This document shows, piece after piece, positions 18,844 through 30,166 of a DNA stretch of 64,000 nt (position 1 is its first letter; each line of letters starts with the position of its first letter). Below the pieces are notes generated by a model. It did no database searches. It saw only the letters and a list, made by a program, of their open reading frames with translations, and had not been told where the DNA came from. Both the position numbers and the translations under genes were made by a program. This DNA is from Pseudomonadota bacterium (GTDB taxonomy: Bacteria; Desulfobacterota; Desulfobacteria; Desulfobacterales; RPRI01). Location of the stretch: positions 1 to 64,000 of the forward strand of contig JBDRRF010000067.1 in NCBI GenBank assembly GCA_043825875.1, given 5' to 3'.

Positions 18844-18947
18844 TTTCCCCCTCCGCAAAAAAAATAATGGCAGGTTATTTATAGCATGATATATTATCGG
18901 AACTGTTTTTTATGTCAAGTTTTTCCGGGGCAGTAAATACGGCCGTG

Positions 18948-20120
18948 TTATAACTTATCCGAACCGGATTTGTTAATAAGCACACTGACCGGTTCGATAA
19001 CGCCTTCGGATTTTATGAAATTATTAAGGCGGCTAAGCAAAACAGGCGTGACTTCATGCCCTCTTGATATCAGCAAACGGCCGGCTTTTGATCGTACATC
19101 TTCGTTTAGAATCATACCAGTTTTGAGATCGGCAAATAACATATCGGATATTTCGTGCTTTGCTCCACCTCCGGCAAGATATTCCATGGCAGACAATACA
19201 TCAGGGTCATATTTTTCAGGCAACTCTTTAAGTTGTTTTATAATTTTAAGTTTTTCGATTCCTTTTGCTTCTAAAATATCAAAATCGATAACCGCTTTTA
19301 ATATTCTTGCTCCAACAGGAATATTATTTCCCTGCCGATTGTCTTTAGGATTACCTGATCCGTCGAAGCATTTCTCCTGGTAACGTATAATTTCAGCTAT
19401 TTTGTCCAGGCGGGGAATCTTGGAAAGCAGATCGGATGCTATCATAGGATGCATATCGTATAACTGAGCGTCCTCTCCGGCAAGTTCTTCTCCTCTGTAT
19501 AGTTTCTTCAGTGCTTCCTCGGGCAGAATAACACATCCGATCTGCGAAAGCATGGCCGCCATTTCAAGCAACCATATATTAGAAAGACCGAGCTTTTTGG
19601 CAATCTTCTTGACATGGTGTTTGATTCTTGAAGACCTTCCAAAAGCTGCCGGATTTATCAGAGATAGTATTTCGTTTAATACCGATATCGCCCCTTTAAG
19701 GGTTTTTTCAAGAAGCTCCTTTTCGGCAATTACCAATCTATATTGTCTGATGCCAAGATTAATGACATTTTTCAAAGTATCCGGAGAACAGGGCTTTGTA
19801 AGAAATTGAAATAAATTCCCTTCATTGACCGCCCGAATAGTTTTATGGAGGTCGGCATTGCCGGTCAGCATTATGCGGACTGTATCCGGCGCAATTTCTT
19901 TTGCCTGTATAAGAAATTCAATCCCGTTTATTTTGGGCATCTGGAGGTCGGAAACAATTACCGCATAAGGGCCGTTTTTTTTGATTACTTCAAGCCCCTC
20001 AACAGGATACTGCACAGTATCCAGATTAAAATCTTTTCTCAAATGCCGCCTTATTCCGTCCAGGAAATTAATATCATCATCTACAATAAGAATTTTTTCA
20101 TCCATCGTTTTTTCCTTCAT
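18948..20120 (-). CDS. Response regulator with degenerate HD-GYP-like domain
   Basis: REC (VDDD, SDLQMP, TG, KP); HD region has LSQIG in place of LHDIG and YQEK.FDGSGNP. Confidence 0.85.
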   Translation of the reverse strand: MKEKTMDEKILIVDDDINFLDGIRRHLRKDFNLDTVQYPVEGLEVIKKNGPYAVIVSDLQMPKINGIEFLIQAKEIAPDTVRIMLTGNADLHKTIRAVNEGNLFQFLTKPCSPDTLKNVINLGIRQYRLVIAEKELLEKTLKGAISVLNEILSLINPAAFGRSSRIKHHVKKIAKKLGLSNIWLLEMAAMLSQIGCVILPEEALKKLYRGEELAGEDAQLYDMHPMIASDLLSKIPRLDKIAEIIRYQEKCFDGSGNPKDNRQGNNIPVGARILKAVIDFDILEAKGIEKLKIIKQLKELPEKYDPDVLSAMEYLAGGGAKHEISDMLFADLKTGMILNEDVRSKAGRLLISRGHEVTPVLLSRLNNFIKSEGVIEPVSVLINKSGSDKL

Positions 20121-21318
20121 AATTAATACTACTACCGATTTTATGCCATTCGGCGATTCTTTCGGTTAAGCCGATTTTATCCAAATAACCGTAATCAATG
20201 TTTGGAATATTATTTGCCGATAAATCCGGTTGATCTCCACAATGTTCAAGCCCGTTGGCCATATGAACAATGGTTAAGGGAATAAAACCTTCTACAACAT
20301 AGTCTGCAGGAGAATGATGAAATGCGACAAGTTCTACAATAACATCCGGCATTCCCCAAAGCCCTATTAAATATGCACCTACTAAAGAATGAGTTGTTCC
20401 AAATATTTCACGCTCAACTTCGGTATTGGGAATGTTTTTACTTTTTGCCCTGTTAAGGGCCTCGCTATATTGAACCGGCATATTGGCTGCGAGAACCAGT
20501 TTGCCGATATCATGAAGCACACCGGATATAAAGGTTTCGTCTGCCATATATTTAGGGAGGTTCTCCATAATGGCCAATCTCTTGGCAATTGCTCCGGTTT
20601 TTATACTATGGTTAAGCAGTGATTCAATTTTAAAGGGAAACGAATCATTGTGTTCATACTTGGAAAATATGCCGATTGAAAGAATAAGTGCTTTTACAGT
20701 ATCAATCCCAAGAAGGCTTACTGCCTCTTCAGCATATGATATGTGCCTTGGGATGCCATAAAAAGAGGAATTGACAAGTTGAAGAATTTTAGCAGTCATG
20801 CCAAGGTCTTTAGCAATTGTTTCTCCAATATCCTTTATCGAACATTCAGGTTGCTCAAGAAGCTCAATTATTTTGGAATAAAGAATTGGAGCGCTTGGCA
20901 AAGACTCCATACTGGAAATAAGCCGTTGCAGTTTATCATTTTTGAGAAGATCGCGTAATGCAATAGATCTGTTTATTGTATTTTTCAGTACATCAGGAAC
21001 ACATGGTTTTGCGAGATACTGGTGGGCCGATTTAACGGATTTTAAGGCAGCAGTGCTATCCGATTGACCGGAGAGAATAATTCGGACAACTTGCGGATAT
21101 TTCTTTCTCACTCTGCCAAGAAGTTCGGCACCATCCATTTCACGCATACGCATATCAGAAACAACAACATCAAAGGGCTGCTTTTCCATATGTTCCAATG
21201 CTTCAAAACCGTTTATGGCAAATGCCATTTCCCAGCTGTCTTTCATAGGTCTTAGCATACGCTTAAGACCTTGTAGTATCATCTCCTCATCATCTACAAA
21301 AAGTATTCTTGTTTTCAC
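20098..21318 (-). CDS. Response regulator with HDOD domain
   Basis: REC (FVDDE, SDMRM, KP) plus LPS.P, D...TAKILQLVNSSFYG, LHDIGK; GTG start at 21318 inferred. Confidence 0.88.
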   Translation of the reverse strand: MKTRILFVDDEEMILQGLKRMLRPMKDSWEMAFAINGFEALEHMEKQPFDVVVSDMRMREMDGAELLGRVRKKYPQVVRIILSGQSDSTAALKSVKSAHQYLAKPCVPDVLKNTINRSIALRDLLKNDKLQRLISSMESLPSAPILYSKIIELLEQPECSIKDIGETIAKDLGMTAKILQLVNSSFYGIPRHISYAEEAVSLLGIDTVKALILSIGIFSKYEHNDSFPFKIESLLNHSIKTGAIAKRLAIMENLPKYMADETFISGVLHDIGKLVLAANMPVQYSEALNRAKSKNIPNTEVEREIFGTTHSLVGAYLIGLWGMPDVIVELVAFHHSPADYVVEGFIPLTIVHMANGLEHCGDQPDLSANNIPNIDYGYLDKIGLTERIAEWHKIGSSINYEGKNDG

Positions 21319-21319
21319 T

Positions 21320-23464
21320 TTATCCACCCAAAGGTTCAGAGGCATCTCTAACCGGAAGACATATAGTAAAAGCGGTTCCGCCACCTTCTTTTGTTTCAAA
21401 ACTTAATCTGCCACTGTGTTTTTGTACAATTATCGAATGAGAAATGGCCAGGCCCTGGCCTGTCCCCTTTCCAACTTCCTTTGTTGTGAAAAACGGATCG
21501 AAAATCCTGGCTCGGATATTTTCAGGTATTCCGGTTCCCGTATCCCTGATGGTTATTTCCACCCAGGCATTCTTTTTGCGGGTTGACAGATAAATAACCC
21601 CCTTTTTATCCGGAGATTTATTCACAACATCAGAAACAGCATGAGCAGCATTGACTATTATATTTAAAAATACCTGGTTCAGTTCGCCTGCATGACCGAA
21701 AACCATGGGAAGAGATTCATCAAAATCTGTCTCAATATCCGCAGCATATTTCCATTCATTTCGGGATACGGTAATGATATTTTCAAGGGCATGGTTTATA
21801 TCAACGCCTGCTTTTGCATCTTCTCCTGGGTGAGAGAAATCCTTCATAGAACGAATAATCTTGGCGACTTGCGCTACACCTTCCTGTGTTTGTTGTATTG
21901 CCAAAGGAATTTCTCTGGTAAGATAATCCAAATCCATTTCTTCAATAGACTTTTGGGCTTCATAAACAATATTATCTGTCTGCTTTCCATTTTTTACGGC
22001 ATCCATTAATTGACGGAAATACCCGATCAGGCTCTCTATATCATTGTAAGTATCCCGCAAAAAAAGGATATTGTCCCCGATATACTGAATAGGTGTATTA
22101 ATCTCATGAGCTATACCAGCCGCCAGTTGTCCGATTGATTCAAGTTTGTTGGCCTGGGCAAACTGAAGTTCCATCTGTTTTCTTTCTGTAATATCTGCTC
22201 CCATTAATAAAAATCCGGTCTGGTCCGTTTCTTCAAGAAACATCGGATTTAATGTGATCCCTAAATATCCGGATTTCCCATCTGTTTTTGTAAAAACAAC
22301 ATCATCAACACGGATAGTCTTGCGGCTGTTTATGCATTGATTTATTCCGGCTTTTATCTTATCCCATTCCCATAAGCAGCCGCATTCGGCAAAGGGGCGT
22401 CCCTTGACTTTTTCAGATTTGATCCCGAATATATTTTCCGCCTTTTTATTCCAGACTTTAATCAATCCGTTTGAATCCACTCCTACTAAAAACGAAGAAA
22501 TTGAACGAATTAAGGCTTCATTTTCAATGCTTAATTCAATCAGTGAGTTCTGTGTATTTTTGAGATCGGTAATATCGTTTAGTATGCCTATAAGGCCGGC
22601 GACTCTCTCTTTTGAGTCCTTATATGCAGCCTTGTTGCAAACTAAGTAATGCTTGTTTCCGTCTTTGTGCAGCATCTCTTCTTCTATTTGCTGGTGTTGT
22701 TCGGGATTGCAAAAAATTTCCAAATCGTATTTATTATGTTTTTCGGCTGCTTCTTTTGGCAATATGTCAAAGACCGACTTTCCTATTATATTTTCTCTCT
22801 TTTCTCCCATGTATTCTTCAAATGCACTGTTACAACCCATACATCTTAAATCCGTATCTTTATAGTATATCGGATTTGGAATAACATCTATAAGTTGTTG
22901 CAAAAAATCAAGCTGCTCTTTCAGCTTTTTATTAGCATTATCTAAATACAAAGTCCGTTGTGCAACAAGTTGCTCAAGTTGTTCCTGGTAATGCTGAACT
23001 CCGCTTTCAGCCTCCTTACGTTCGGTAATATTTTCATAACTGACTAATATTCCTATAATGTTACCGGCATGATCACGCATGGAAATTTTGCAGGTATCTA
23101 TCCAGATTTGTTTTCCATCAGCACGGGTACGAGAGTTTATAATATGGTATTGTGAAGTATTGCTATCTATTATATTTCGGTCAATAACATCATTATAATT
23201 AACATCAATATTATTCCAGTCCAAATCTGAATCCGTTTTTCCCACAATTTCGGCTTTATTATCAATGCCTGCCTCTTGAGCAAAATTTTCATTGCAACCT
23301 AAATAAATACCATTTTGATCCTTCCAGAAAATATGCTGTGGCAGACTATCAATAACTAATTGCAGCCAGTTTGGCTTTTTATCATGAGGTTCGGTAATTG
23401 TTTTCAACAAATCATGATCGGAAGGCGTTTTATCTAATTTATTATAAATTGTTTTATTGCCCAT
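21320..23464 (-). CDS. Cytoplasmic multi-PAS sensor histidine kinase
   Basis: Three PAS/PAC repeats, [10 protein letters not shown]-box, N-box, DTGTGI, FFTTK, GTGQGL. Confidence 0.93.
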   Translation of the reverse strand: MGNKTIYNKLDKTPSDHDLLKTITEPHDKKPNWLQLVIDSLPQHIFWKDQNGIYLGCNENFAQEAGIDNKAEIVGKTDSDLDWNNIDVNYNDVIDRNIIDSNTSQYHIINSRTRADGKQIWIDTCKISMRDHAGNIIGILVSYENITERKEAESGVQHYQEQLEQLVAQRTLYLDNANKKLKEQLDFLQQLIDVIPNPIYYKDTDLRCMGCNSAFEEYMGEKRENIIGKSVFDILPKEAAEKHNKYDLEIFCNPEQHQQIEEEMLHKDGNKHYLVCNKAAYKDSKERVAGLIGILNDITDLKNTQNSLIELSIENEALIRSISSFLVGVDSNGLIKVWNKKAENIFGIKSEKVKGRPFAECGCLWEWDKIKAGINQCINSRKTIRVDDVVFTKTDGKSGYLGITLNPMFLEETDQTGFLLMGADITERKQMELQFAQANKLESIGQLAAGIAHEINTPIQYIGDNILFLRDTYNDIESLIGYFRQLMDAVKNGKQTDNIVYEAQKSIEEMDLDYLTREIPLAIQQTQEGVAQVAKIIRSMKDFSHPGEDAKAGVDINHALENIITVSRNEWKYAADIETDFDESLPMVFGHAGELNQVFLNIIVNAAHAVSDVVNKSPDKKGVIYLSTRKKNAWVEITIRDTGTGIPENIRARIFDPFFTTKEVGKGTGQGLAISHSIIVQKHSGRLSFETKEGGGTAFTICLPVRDASEPLGG

Positions 23465-23578
23465 AAAAAAATCCTTATAGCGCTAAATTTGATTGTTCGG
23501 CATATATCAAAATACCTGGTTTGGACAGATCACTCTATGCCTGGCAACAGACTTTTTGTGGGCTGCCAAAATAAATCT

Positions 23579-23594
23579 TTCAACATTCATGCCA
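23579..23594 (-). promoter_or_regulatory. Possible sigma54 promoter for the kinase cassette
   Basis: Minus strand TGGCATGAATGTTGAA: strong -24 box, but GA instead of GC at -12. Confidence 0.4.
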
Positions 23595-23810
23595 AAAAAT
23601 CGCAATAATTCAGGGTAATCAAAAATTATTATGAATAAGTAAGCATTTCAAACATATAATTGTTCACGCTCTCCGTTTGAAGCTTTTTATTTTATTTGTT
23701 GCCCTTGAAAGTTTTTCCTGTTTCAGGGTTTAAAATTCCACTTAGAGAACAGTTTGTGCCGGATGATTTAATTTCATCTGCTTCAAATCAGGCTTTGCTG
23801 TAAAAATTAA

Positions 23811-23839
23811 TTGACTTACAACTATCAATTGCTTATTCA
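23811..23839 (+). promoter_or_regulatory. Possible sigma70 promoter of the RNase E/G gene
   Basis: TTGACT-N17-TATTCA. Confidence 0.4.
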
Positions 23840-23906
23840 TGCAAAAATCTATATGATTTTATACACAAAAAATAATTGCATATAACGTACTTTTCGGAAA
23901 AGACAT

Positions 23907-25379
23907 ATGAGCAGCAAAATTATAATAAATGCGGTAGATACTGCCGAATGCAGAATCGCAAAAGTAAAAGACAATAAACTTGAAGAATTCCAAATTGAAA
24001 ATGCTGCAAGAGAGATTACGCAAAGCAACATTTACAAGGGAATAGTTACGCGTATTGAACCTAGTCTTCAGGCTGTTTTTATTGATTACGGAGCAGAACG
24101 CCACGGGTTTTTGCAAAAAAATGAAATCCACAGCGACTATTTTCACGACAGTGATTCCGGAGATCATTCCATAACAAGTATAGTCCAGCCGGGGCAGGAA
24201 TTTCTGGTACAGGTTATAAAAGACCCTATTATGAAAAAAGGGGCAATGCTTACAACATTTATATCTCTTGCAGGAAGATTTGTAGTACTTATGCCCGGAA
24301 GCGAAGGAATCGGCGTCTCCCGCAAAATAAGTGATGAAGAAGAGCGTAAAAGACTTAAAGAAACCGTAAGTAACATAAAAATTCCGGAAGGGTTTGGAAT
24401 TATAGTAAGAACCGCCGGCATCGATAGTACAAAAACGGAAGTATCCCGTGATATTTCATATCTGTTAAGACTTTGGAAAAACATTAAAAGCAGTGTTATG
24501 AAGGTGAACTCTCCAGCGCTGTTATACAAAGAAAGAAATCTGGTAGTAAGATCAATAAGGGATTATTTCACCTCTGATGTTAATGAAATTCTTATCGATG
24601 ATCCGGCAGTACATCGGGAAGTTAAGGATTTTATCAAAATAATTTCACCAAAGCATGCAATGATTGTAAAATTATTCAAAGGCGATAAACCTATATTTAC
24701 AAAATTTCAGCTCGAAACCCAGATTGATTCCATTTTTGAAAATAGAGTTAAGCTTAAATCCGGAGGCTCTATAGTTATTGTGCAGACCGAAGCGCTTGTA
24801 GCTATAGATGTAAATTCAGGAAAGGCTACACATACAAAATCGATTGAGGAAACGGCTTATGTAACAAATCTTGAAGCTACAGAAGAGATAGCACGTCAAC
24901 TGCGTTTAAGAGACCTGGGAGGTCTTGTAGTAGTTGATTTCATAGACATGAGAGATTCAAAACATAATTTACAGGTTGAAAGGGCTTTTAAAAATTTTGT
25001 TAAAGAAGATAAAGCCAGAATCAAGTTTGGCAAAATATCAAGATTTGGTTTAATGGAGCTTTCAAGACAAAGGATCAGACCTTCAATCGAATTTGGAAGC
25101 TATGAAATATGCAATCATTGTAAAGGAAAAGGAGTAACCCCATCGCCTGCAACCCAGGGACTTAGTTTCTTGCGAAAACTCAGTCTCGCAACTTTAAAAG
25201 ACGATATTGCAAGTGTAAAGGGAATTGTGCCACTTAATGTTGCAGACTATTTATCAAATCAAAAACGTAAAGAAATTTTTGATCTTGAAACAAGACGCAG
25301 TTTAAGCATACGTATAGAGGGAAACAGCGCCATGTTGCCGGGAGAATGCGAAATTATCTGTGAAAAGGCATCTTGTTGA
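23907..25379 (+). CDS. Ribonuclease E/G family (catalytic domain only)
   Basis: NIYKG..IEPSLQA.FIDYG..RHGFL, IDVNSG, RQLRLRDLGG, DFIDM, CNHCKG zinc link; no long C-terminal scaffold. Confidence 0.93.
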   Translation: MSSKIIINAVDTAECRIAKVKDNKLEEFQIENAAREITQSNIYKGIVTRIEPSLQAVFIDYGAERHGFLQKNEIHSDYFHDSDSGDHSITSIVQPGQEFLVQVIKDPIMKKGAMLTTFISLAGRFVVLMPGSEGIGVSRKISDEEERKRLKETVSNIKIPEGFGIIVRTAGIDSTKTEVSRDISYLLRLWKNIKSSVMKVNSPALLYKERNLVVRSIRDYFTSDVNEILIDDPAVHREVKDFIKIISPKHAMIVKLFKGDKPIFTKFQLETQIDSIFENRVKLKSGGSIVIVQTEALVAIDVNSGKATHTKSIEETAYVTNLEATEEIARQLRLRDLGGLVVVDFIDMRDSKHNLQVERAFKNFVKEDKARIKFGKISRFGLMELSRQRIRPSIEFGSYEICNHCKGKGVTPSPATQGLSFLRKLSLATLKDDIASVKGIVPLNVADYLSNQKRKEIFDLETRRSLSIRIEGNSAMLPGECEIICEKASC

Positions 25380-25550
25380 CACTCTCTTTCGAATCCTGTA
25401 TCAAGCATAAACTGTTTTTTTAAGTTTTCAGTTAACTTTCAACGGTAAACTGGAAGCTAAGGTCAATATGCAAAAAGCACAAATCTCGCACAGCAAACAA
25501 ACTTATAAAAATCTTTAATTGCAAATAACCAGTTACGATTACAGGGAATT

Positions 25551-26846
25551 ATGATATCAAGATATACCAGAAAAATCATGGGCGACATCTGGACGGATGA
25601 AAATAAATACAGAACCTGGCTTATGGTAGAGGTACTTGCCTGCGAAGCCATGGCTAAAATAGGAAGGATTCCGGAAGCCGCAGTTTTAAATATAAAAAAT
25701 AAAGCAAATTTTTCAGTCGATAGAATTAATGAAATTGAAGCTGCTACCAAACATGATGTAATAGCCTTTTTAACAAACGTGGCAGAATATGTTGGCCCGG
25801 ATTCAAGATATATCCATATGGGACTCACATCATCGGATATTCTCGATACGAGTATGGCGTATCTGCTTAAAGAGGCAGGCAGAATAATTATAAAAGACTG
25901 TGATGATCTTATTGATACTATTAAGGAAAAAGCCTTTAAACACAAAGATACTGTCATGATAGGCCGTTCACATGGGATTCATGCAGAACCTATAACTTTC
26001 GGGCTGAAATTATCCGTATGGTACGATGAGATGAAAAGAAATAAAAAGCGTTTCCAAAGTGCCATAGAAACGATCAGCTACGGTAAAATATCAGGTGCTG
26101 TAGGCACCTTTGCAAATATTTCTCCGCAAGTTGAAGAATATGTATGTAAAAATCTTGGTTTAAAACCGGCCCCCGCCTCTACCCAGATTATTCAAAGAGA
26201 CAGATATGCCGAGTATTTTGTCAGCCTTGCCATAATGGCTTCTTCAATTGAAAAAATGGCTGTTGAGATCAGGCATCTTCAAAGAACGGAAGTACTTGAA
26301 GCCGAAGAATCTTTTTCCAAAGGGCAAAAGGGTTCATCGGCTATGCCTCATAAAAAAAATCCAATTGGCTCCGAAAACATGAGTGGACTTGCAAGAGTAA
26401 TAAGGTCAAATTCAATGGCTGCTTTGGAAAACATACCATTATGGCATGAAAGAGACATAAGCCATTCATCCGTTGAACGAATCATAGCTCCGGACAGCAC
26501 AATACTTATGGATTATATGCTAAGCAGGTTTACAGGTATAATCAAAAATTTGACGGTATATCCTGAAAGGATGGCTAAAAACCTGAACGCTTTAAAAGGA
26601 CTTATATTTTCACAGCAGGTTCTTATAGCGCTCGCTGAATCCGGCATAAGCCGTGAGGATGCATATCAAATGGTACAGACGCATGCAATGAAGGTATGGG
26701 ATGAAGATAAGGATTTTAAGGCTCTTCTAACCGGAGACGAAAAGATATGCAGCCTTCTTGGCAAAGATAAAATTGAAGAAATATTTGACGTTAAATATCA
26801 TTTAAAGTATATCAGCACCATTTTTGACCGTGTTTTTAATCAGTAA
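25551..26846 (+). CDS. purB: Adenylosuccinate lyase
   Basis: HDVIAF, GLTSSD, GRSHGIHAEP, GSSAMPHKKNP, HERDISHSS. Confidence 0.97.
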   Translation: MISRYTRKIMGDIWTDENKYRTWLMVEVLACEAMAKIGRIPEAAVLNIKNKANFSVDRINEIEAATKHDVIAFLTNVAEYVGPDSRYIHMGLTSSDILDTSMAYLLKEAGRIIIKDCDDLIDTIKEKAFKHKDTVMIGRSHGIHAEPITFGLKLSVWYDEMKRNKKRFQSAIETISYGKISGAVGTFANISPQVEEYVCKNLGLKPAPASTQIIQRDRYAEYFVSLAIMASSIEKMAVEIRHLQRTEVLEAEESFSKGQKGSSAMPHKKNPIGSENMSGLARVIRSNSMAALENIPLWHERDISHSSVERIIAPDSTILMDYMLSRFTGIIKNLTVYPERMAKNLNALKGLIFSQQVLIALAESGISREDAYQMVQTHAMKVWDEDKDFKALLTGDEKICSLLGKDKIEEIFDVKYHLKYISTIFDRVFNQ

Positions 26847-26873
26847 CGCTGTTAAACGCAACGAATTTTTATT

Positions 26874-26945
26874 CCGTCATTCCTGAAAAGGCCGGGCACG
26901 ATAGGCTTCGGTTTATGCAGACTCCGGTTTACATCGGAGTGACGG
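26874..26945. repeat. Degenerate REP/REPIN-like GTCATTCC palindromic element
   Basis: CCGTCATTCC ... GGAGTGACGG inverted ends, with internal ACTCCG..CGGAGT hairpin. Confidence 0.6.
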
Positions 26946-26985
26946 CTTATTTCAACTCCATCAATATGAAAAAAGGAGGTTTATT

Positions 26986-27339
26986 TTGATCGGTATAGCA
27001 TACGCAATGGGCCAGGGAGGAGCATCCTCAGGGCAGGGAGGCTCTTTCGTGCAATTTGTTCCACTTGTTCTAATGTTTGCAATTTTCTATTTTCTTCTTA
27101 TCAGGCCGCAGCAAAAAAAGGCCAAAGAGCATCGGGAAATGATAGCTAATGTTAAAAAAGGAGATAAAATAATTACAAGCGGCGGTATTCACGGAACAAT
27201 AACCGGAATGGATGATAATACAATAACGGTTGAAATTGCCGACAAAGTTCGCATAAAACTAAACCGCGCAAACATTTCCGGCCTTGCTGGGTCGCAATCT
27301 CAAAAAAACACAGATACCGGCAAAGACAAAACGAGTTGA
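26986..27339 (+). CDS. yajC: Preprotein translocase subunit YajC
   Basis: FYFLLIRPQQKK, GD.IITSGGIHG; AGGAGG RBS with TTG start. Confidence 0.95.
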   Translation: MIGIAYAMGQGGASSGQGGSFVQFVPLVLMFAIFYFLLIRPQQKKAKEHREMIANVKKGDKIITSGGIHGTITGMDDNTITVEIADKVRIKLNRANISGLAGSQSQKNTDTGKDKTS

Positions 27340-27402
27340 TTTTTCAAATTTTGAAACAATATTATATGTAAGTTCAAAGTCTTAAGCGAAAGGAACTGAT
27401 CA

Positions 27403-28992
27403 TTGAAGATTTTTTCATGGAAATTATATTTATCCGTTTTGGTACTGATTGCAGCAGTTATATATCTTCTTCCGACATTTAAGCCGGATATCTGGCCCGG
27501 CATCTTGCCTAATAAAAAGATAAATTTAGGGCTTGATCTTCAGGGTGGCATGCACCTTGCTCTTGAAGTTGAAAGTGAAAAAGCCGTCGAAAGTACTATT
27601 GAACGGATGGCAAACGATCTTAAAGGAAGTATAAGAAGTGAACATTTAAGATATGAAAAGATCGAACGAATTGAAGGCACAAAAATATCAATTATTATAG
27701 AAGGTCAGAAAAACATTGACGGTTTTAATAAGATCCTTGACAAGGAATTTAAGGAACTTCGCATACTCTCACGGTCTTTGGAAAATGATCTTCTTAAAAT
27801 TGTGATGGATCTTCCCGAAAAAGAAACTGAAAGCATCAAAAGGCAGGCTATCGAACAGGCGCTTGAAACCATAAGAAACCGAATCGACCAGTTCGGGGTA
27901 AGTGAGCCGGATATAAGCCTTGAAGGTGAAAACAGAATCATTGTCCAATTACCGGGAGTAAAAGATACACAAAGGGCAAAGGAACTTATAGGCAAAACAG
28001 CTTTACTTGAATTCAAGCTTTTGGATGAAATGCATGACGTCGAAAAAGCATTATCTGAAGGCGCGCCTCCCGGAACCGAAATACTTTATGAGATTAAGGA
28101 AGATTATCAGACAAGACGTATCACAAAAAAGCCTTATCTGGTAAAAAAACAAACGCTTTTAACCGGCGCTTCCCTTTCAGGAGCTTCTGTCCAGATAGAT
28201 TCCCAGTATAATGATCCCTATGTAGCCATAAATTTTGACAACAAGGGAGCAAAGGCATTTGAAAGGATAACAGAAGAAAACGTTAAAAAACGTCTTGCAA
28301 TCGTATTGGACAATAAGATTTATTCGGCCCCGGTAATACAGGAAAAAATATCGGGAGGCCGTGCCCAGATTACAGGAAGTTTTACACCTGAAGAAGCCCG
28401 CGATCTTGCTATTATTCTTCGTGCAGGCGCACTTCCTGCACCTGTTAAAATCATTGAAGAAAGAACCGTAGGACCTTCCCTGGGAACCGATTCAATCAAC
28501 AAAGGCCTTCTCTCCATGTGGGTAGGCGGTCTTCTCGTTTTTGTTTTCATGATAATTTATTATAAATGGTCAGGAGTTGTGGCAGATATCGGCCTTTTCT
28601 TTAATATTTTAATGATTGCAGGAGCTCTTGCAGCCTTTCAGGCAACACTGACTCTGCCTGGAATTGCAGGTATAGTTCTTACTATAGGCATGGCGGTTGA
28701 TGCGAACGTGCTTATATACGAAAGGATAAGAGAAGAACTCTTGCTTGGCAAAACTCCCAGCGCTGCAGTAAACGCCGGTTTTGACCGGGCGGCATTAACT
28801 ATTCTTGATGCAAACGTAACAACGCTTATCGCAGCTCTGGTTCTTTTTCAATTCGGGACAGGCCCTGTGAAAGGTTTTGCTGTAACACTTAGTATAGGTA
28901 TTGTAACAAGCGTTTTCACTGCGCTTATCTTAACGCGTATCATATTCGAATATTTTATATATGATTTTAAAATTAAAAAATTAAGCATATAG
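27403..28992 (+). CDS. secD: Protein translocase subunit SecD
   Basis: LGLDLQGG, RIDQFGVSEP, GALPAP, IGMAVDANVLIYERIREE. Confidence 0.97.
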   Translation: MKIFSWKLYLSVLVLIAAVIYLLPTFKPDIWPGILPNKKINLGLDLQGGMHLALEVESEKAVESTIERMANDLKGSIRSEHLRYEKIERIEGTKISIIIEGQKNIDGFNKILDKEFKELRILSRSLENDLLKIVMDLPEKETESIKRQAIEQALETIRNRIDQFGVSEPDISLEGENRIIVQLPGVKDTQRAKELIGKTALLEFKLLDEMHDVEKALSEGAPPGTEILYEIKEDYQTRRITKKPYLVKKQTLLTGASLSGASVQIDSQYNDPYVAINFDNKGAKAFERITEENVKKRLAIVLDNKIYSAPVIQEKISGGRAQITGSFTPEEARDLAIILRAGALPAPVKIIEERTVGPSLGTDSINKGLLSMWVGGLLVFVFMIIYYKWSGVVADIGLFFNILMIAGALAAFQATLTLPGIAGIVLTIGMAVDANVLIYERIREELLLGKTPSAAVNAGFDRAALTILDANVTTLIAALVLFQFGTGPVKGFAVTLSIGIVTSVFTALILTRIIFEYFIYDFKIKKLSI

Positions 28993-29065
28993 GTTCGTAC
29001 AGCATCATATCGAAACAAATTTTATATTTATTAATACTCAACAAAAAACAAGGGGCGGTTAATAG

Positions 29066-30106
29066 ATGCGGTTAATAAAACCAAATACAAAATTTGACTT
29101 TGTTGGTCGGCGGTATATTGCTTTCAGTGTATCAGGCTTATTGATATTGATCAGCATTATTTCCTTATTATTTCATGGCGGGCTAAATTACGGGATTGAT
29201 TTTTTAGGTGGATCAATTCTTCAGTTAAAATTTGATACAGCCGTTGAAATAAGCCAAATTAAAGCCGGACTTGAATCAGCTGATATTAGCAAATCAACCG
29301 TCCAGACATTCGGAGAAGTTAAAAATAATGAATATCTGATAAGAACAGATACCCCGGTAACGGCAAACCAGGAATTTACCGATAAATTAGAGCAAAGTTT
29401 AAAATCAACTACAGGACAAATTGCTGAAATACGCCGTGTTGAAATTGTCGGCCCGAAAGTAGGTAAGGAATTGCAGAATAAAGCCTTGCTTGCCATATTT
29501 TATTCTCTGCTTTTTCTTGCAATTTACATATCCGGCCGGTTTGAATTAAAATGGATGGCAAGCGGAATCATTGCAGCAGCTCTTATGGGTATGGTATATT
29601 TTTTCTCGGTTTTTAAAATCAACATGGCAATTATTACAGGAGTTGCTCTTTTGGTTACATTCATTTTTTTCTGGCTGATGGATCTCAAATACGCAATGGC
29701 CGCTATAGTAGCTCTTGTACATGATGTAATTATAACCGTAGGTATGTTTTCACTTTTTAATAAAGAATTTAACCTTCCGATAGTTGCAGCAATCCTTGCT
29801 ATTATCGGATACTCGTTAAATGATACCATTATTATTTTTGACCGGATACGTGAGAATCTGAAAAAAAATAGAAAAATCAGTCTTACAGGTATTATAAACA
29901 AAAGCGTAAATGAAACTTTAAGCCGGACATTTCTCACATCCGGGCTAACCCTTGTTGTTGTGATAGCCCTGTTTGCTTTAGGCGGAGGAATTATTCATGA
30001 CTTTGCTTTTGCTCTTGTGGTAGGAGTAATGATTGGAACCTATTCTTCAATATATGTTGCAAGCCCTATCCTTATTGCATGGACGGGAAAAAGAAAGAAA
30101 AAATAA
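29066..30106 (+). CDS. secF: Protein translocase subunit SecF
   Basis: GIDF.GG, HDVII, GYSLNDT..IFDRIRE, GTYSSIYVA. Confidence 0.97.
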   Translation: MRLIKPNTKFDFVGRRYIAFSVSGLLILISIISLLFHGGLNYGIDFLGGSILQLKFDTAVEISQIKAGLESADISKSTVQTFGEVKNNEYLIRTDTPVTANQEFTDKLEQSLKSTTGQIAEIRRVEIVGPKVGKELQNKALLAIFYSLLFLAIYISGRFELKWMASGIIAAALMGMVYFFSVFKINMAIITGVALLVTFIFFWLMDLKYAMAAIVALVHDVIITVGMFSLFNKEFNLPIVAAILAIIGYSLNDTIIIFDRIRENLKKNRKISLTGIINKSVNETLSRTFLTSGLTLVVVIALFALGGGIIHDFAFALVVGVMIGTYSSIYVASPILIAWTGKRKKK

Positions 30107-30166
30107 ATGCGCGTGAAAGACTCTGATCTGTCTTGAATTATGATTATAAAATTATAGTAAATTTTT

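Noticed and set aside
23500..23800. Hairpins between the kinase and RNase E/G genes as a c-di-GMP riboswitch
   Set aside because: No recognisable GEMM or c-di-GMP-II consensus; needs an Infernal scan
25380..25550. Purine or ZTP riboswitch upstream of purB
   Set aside because: Only a weak hairpin; aptamer consensus nucleotides not found
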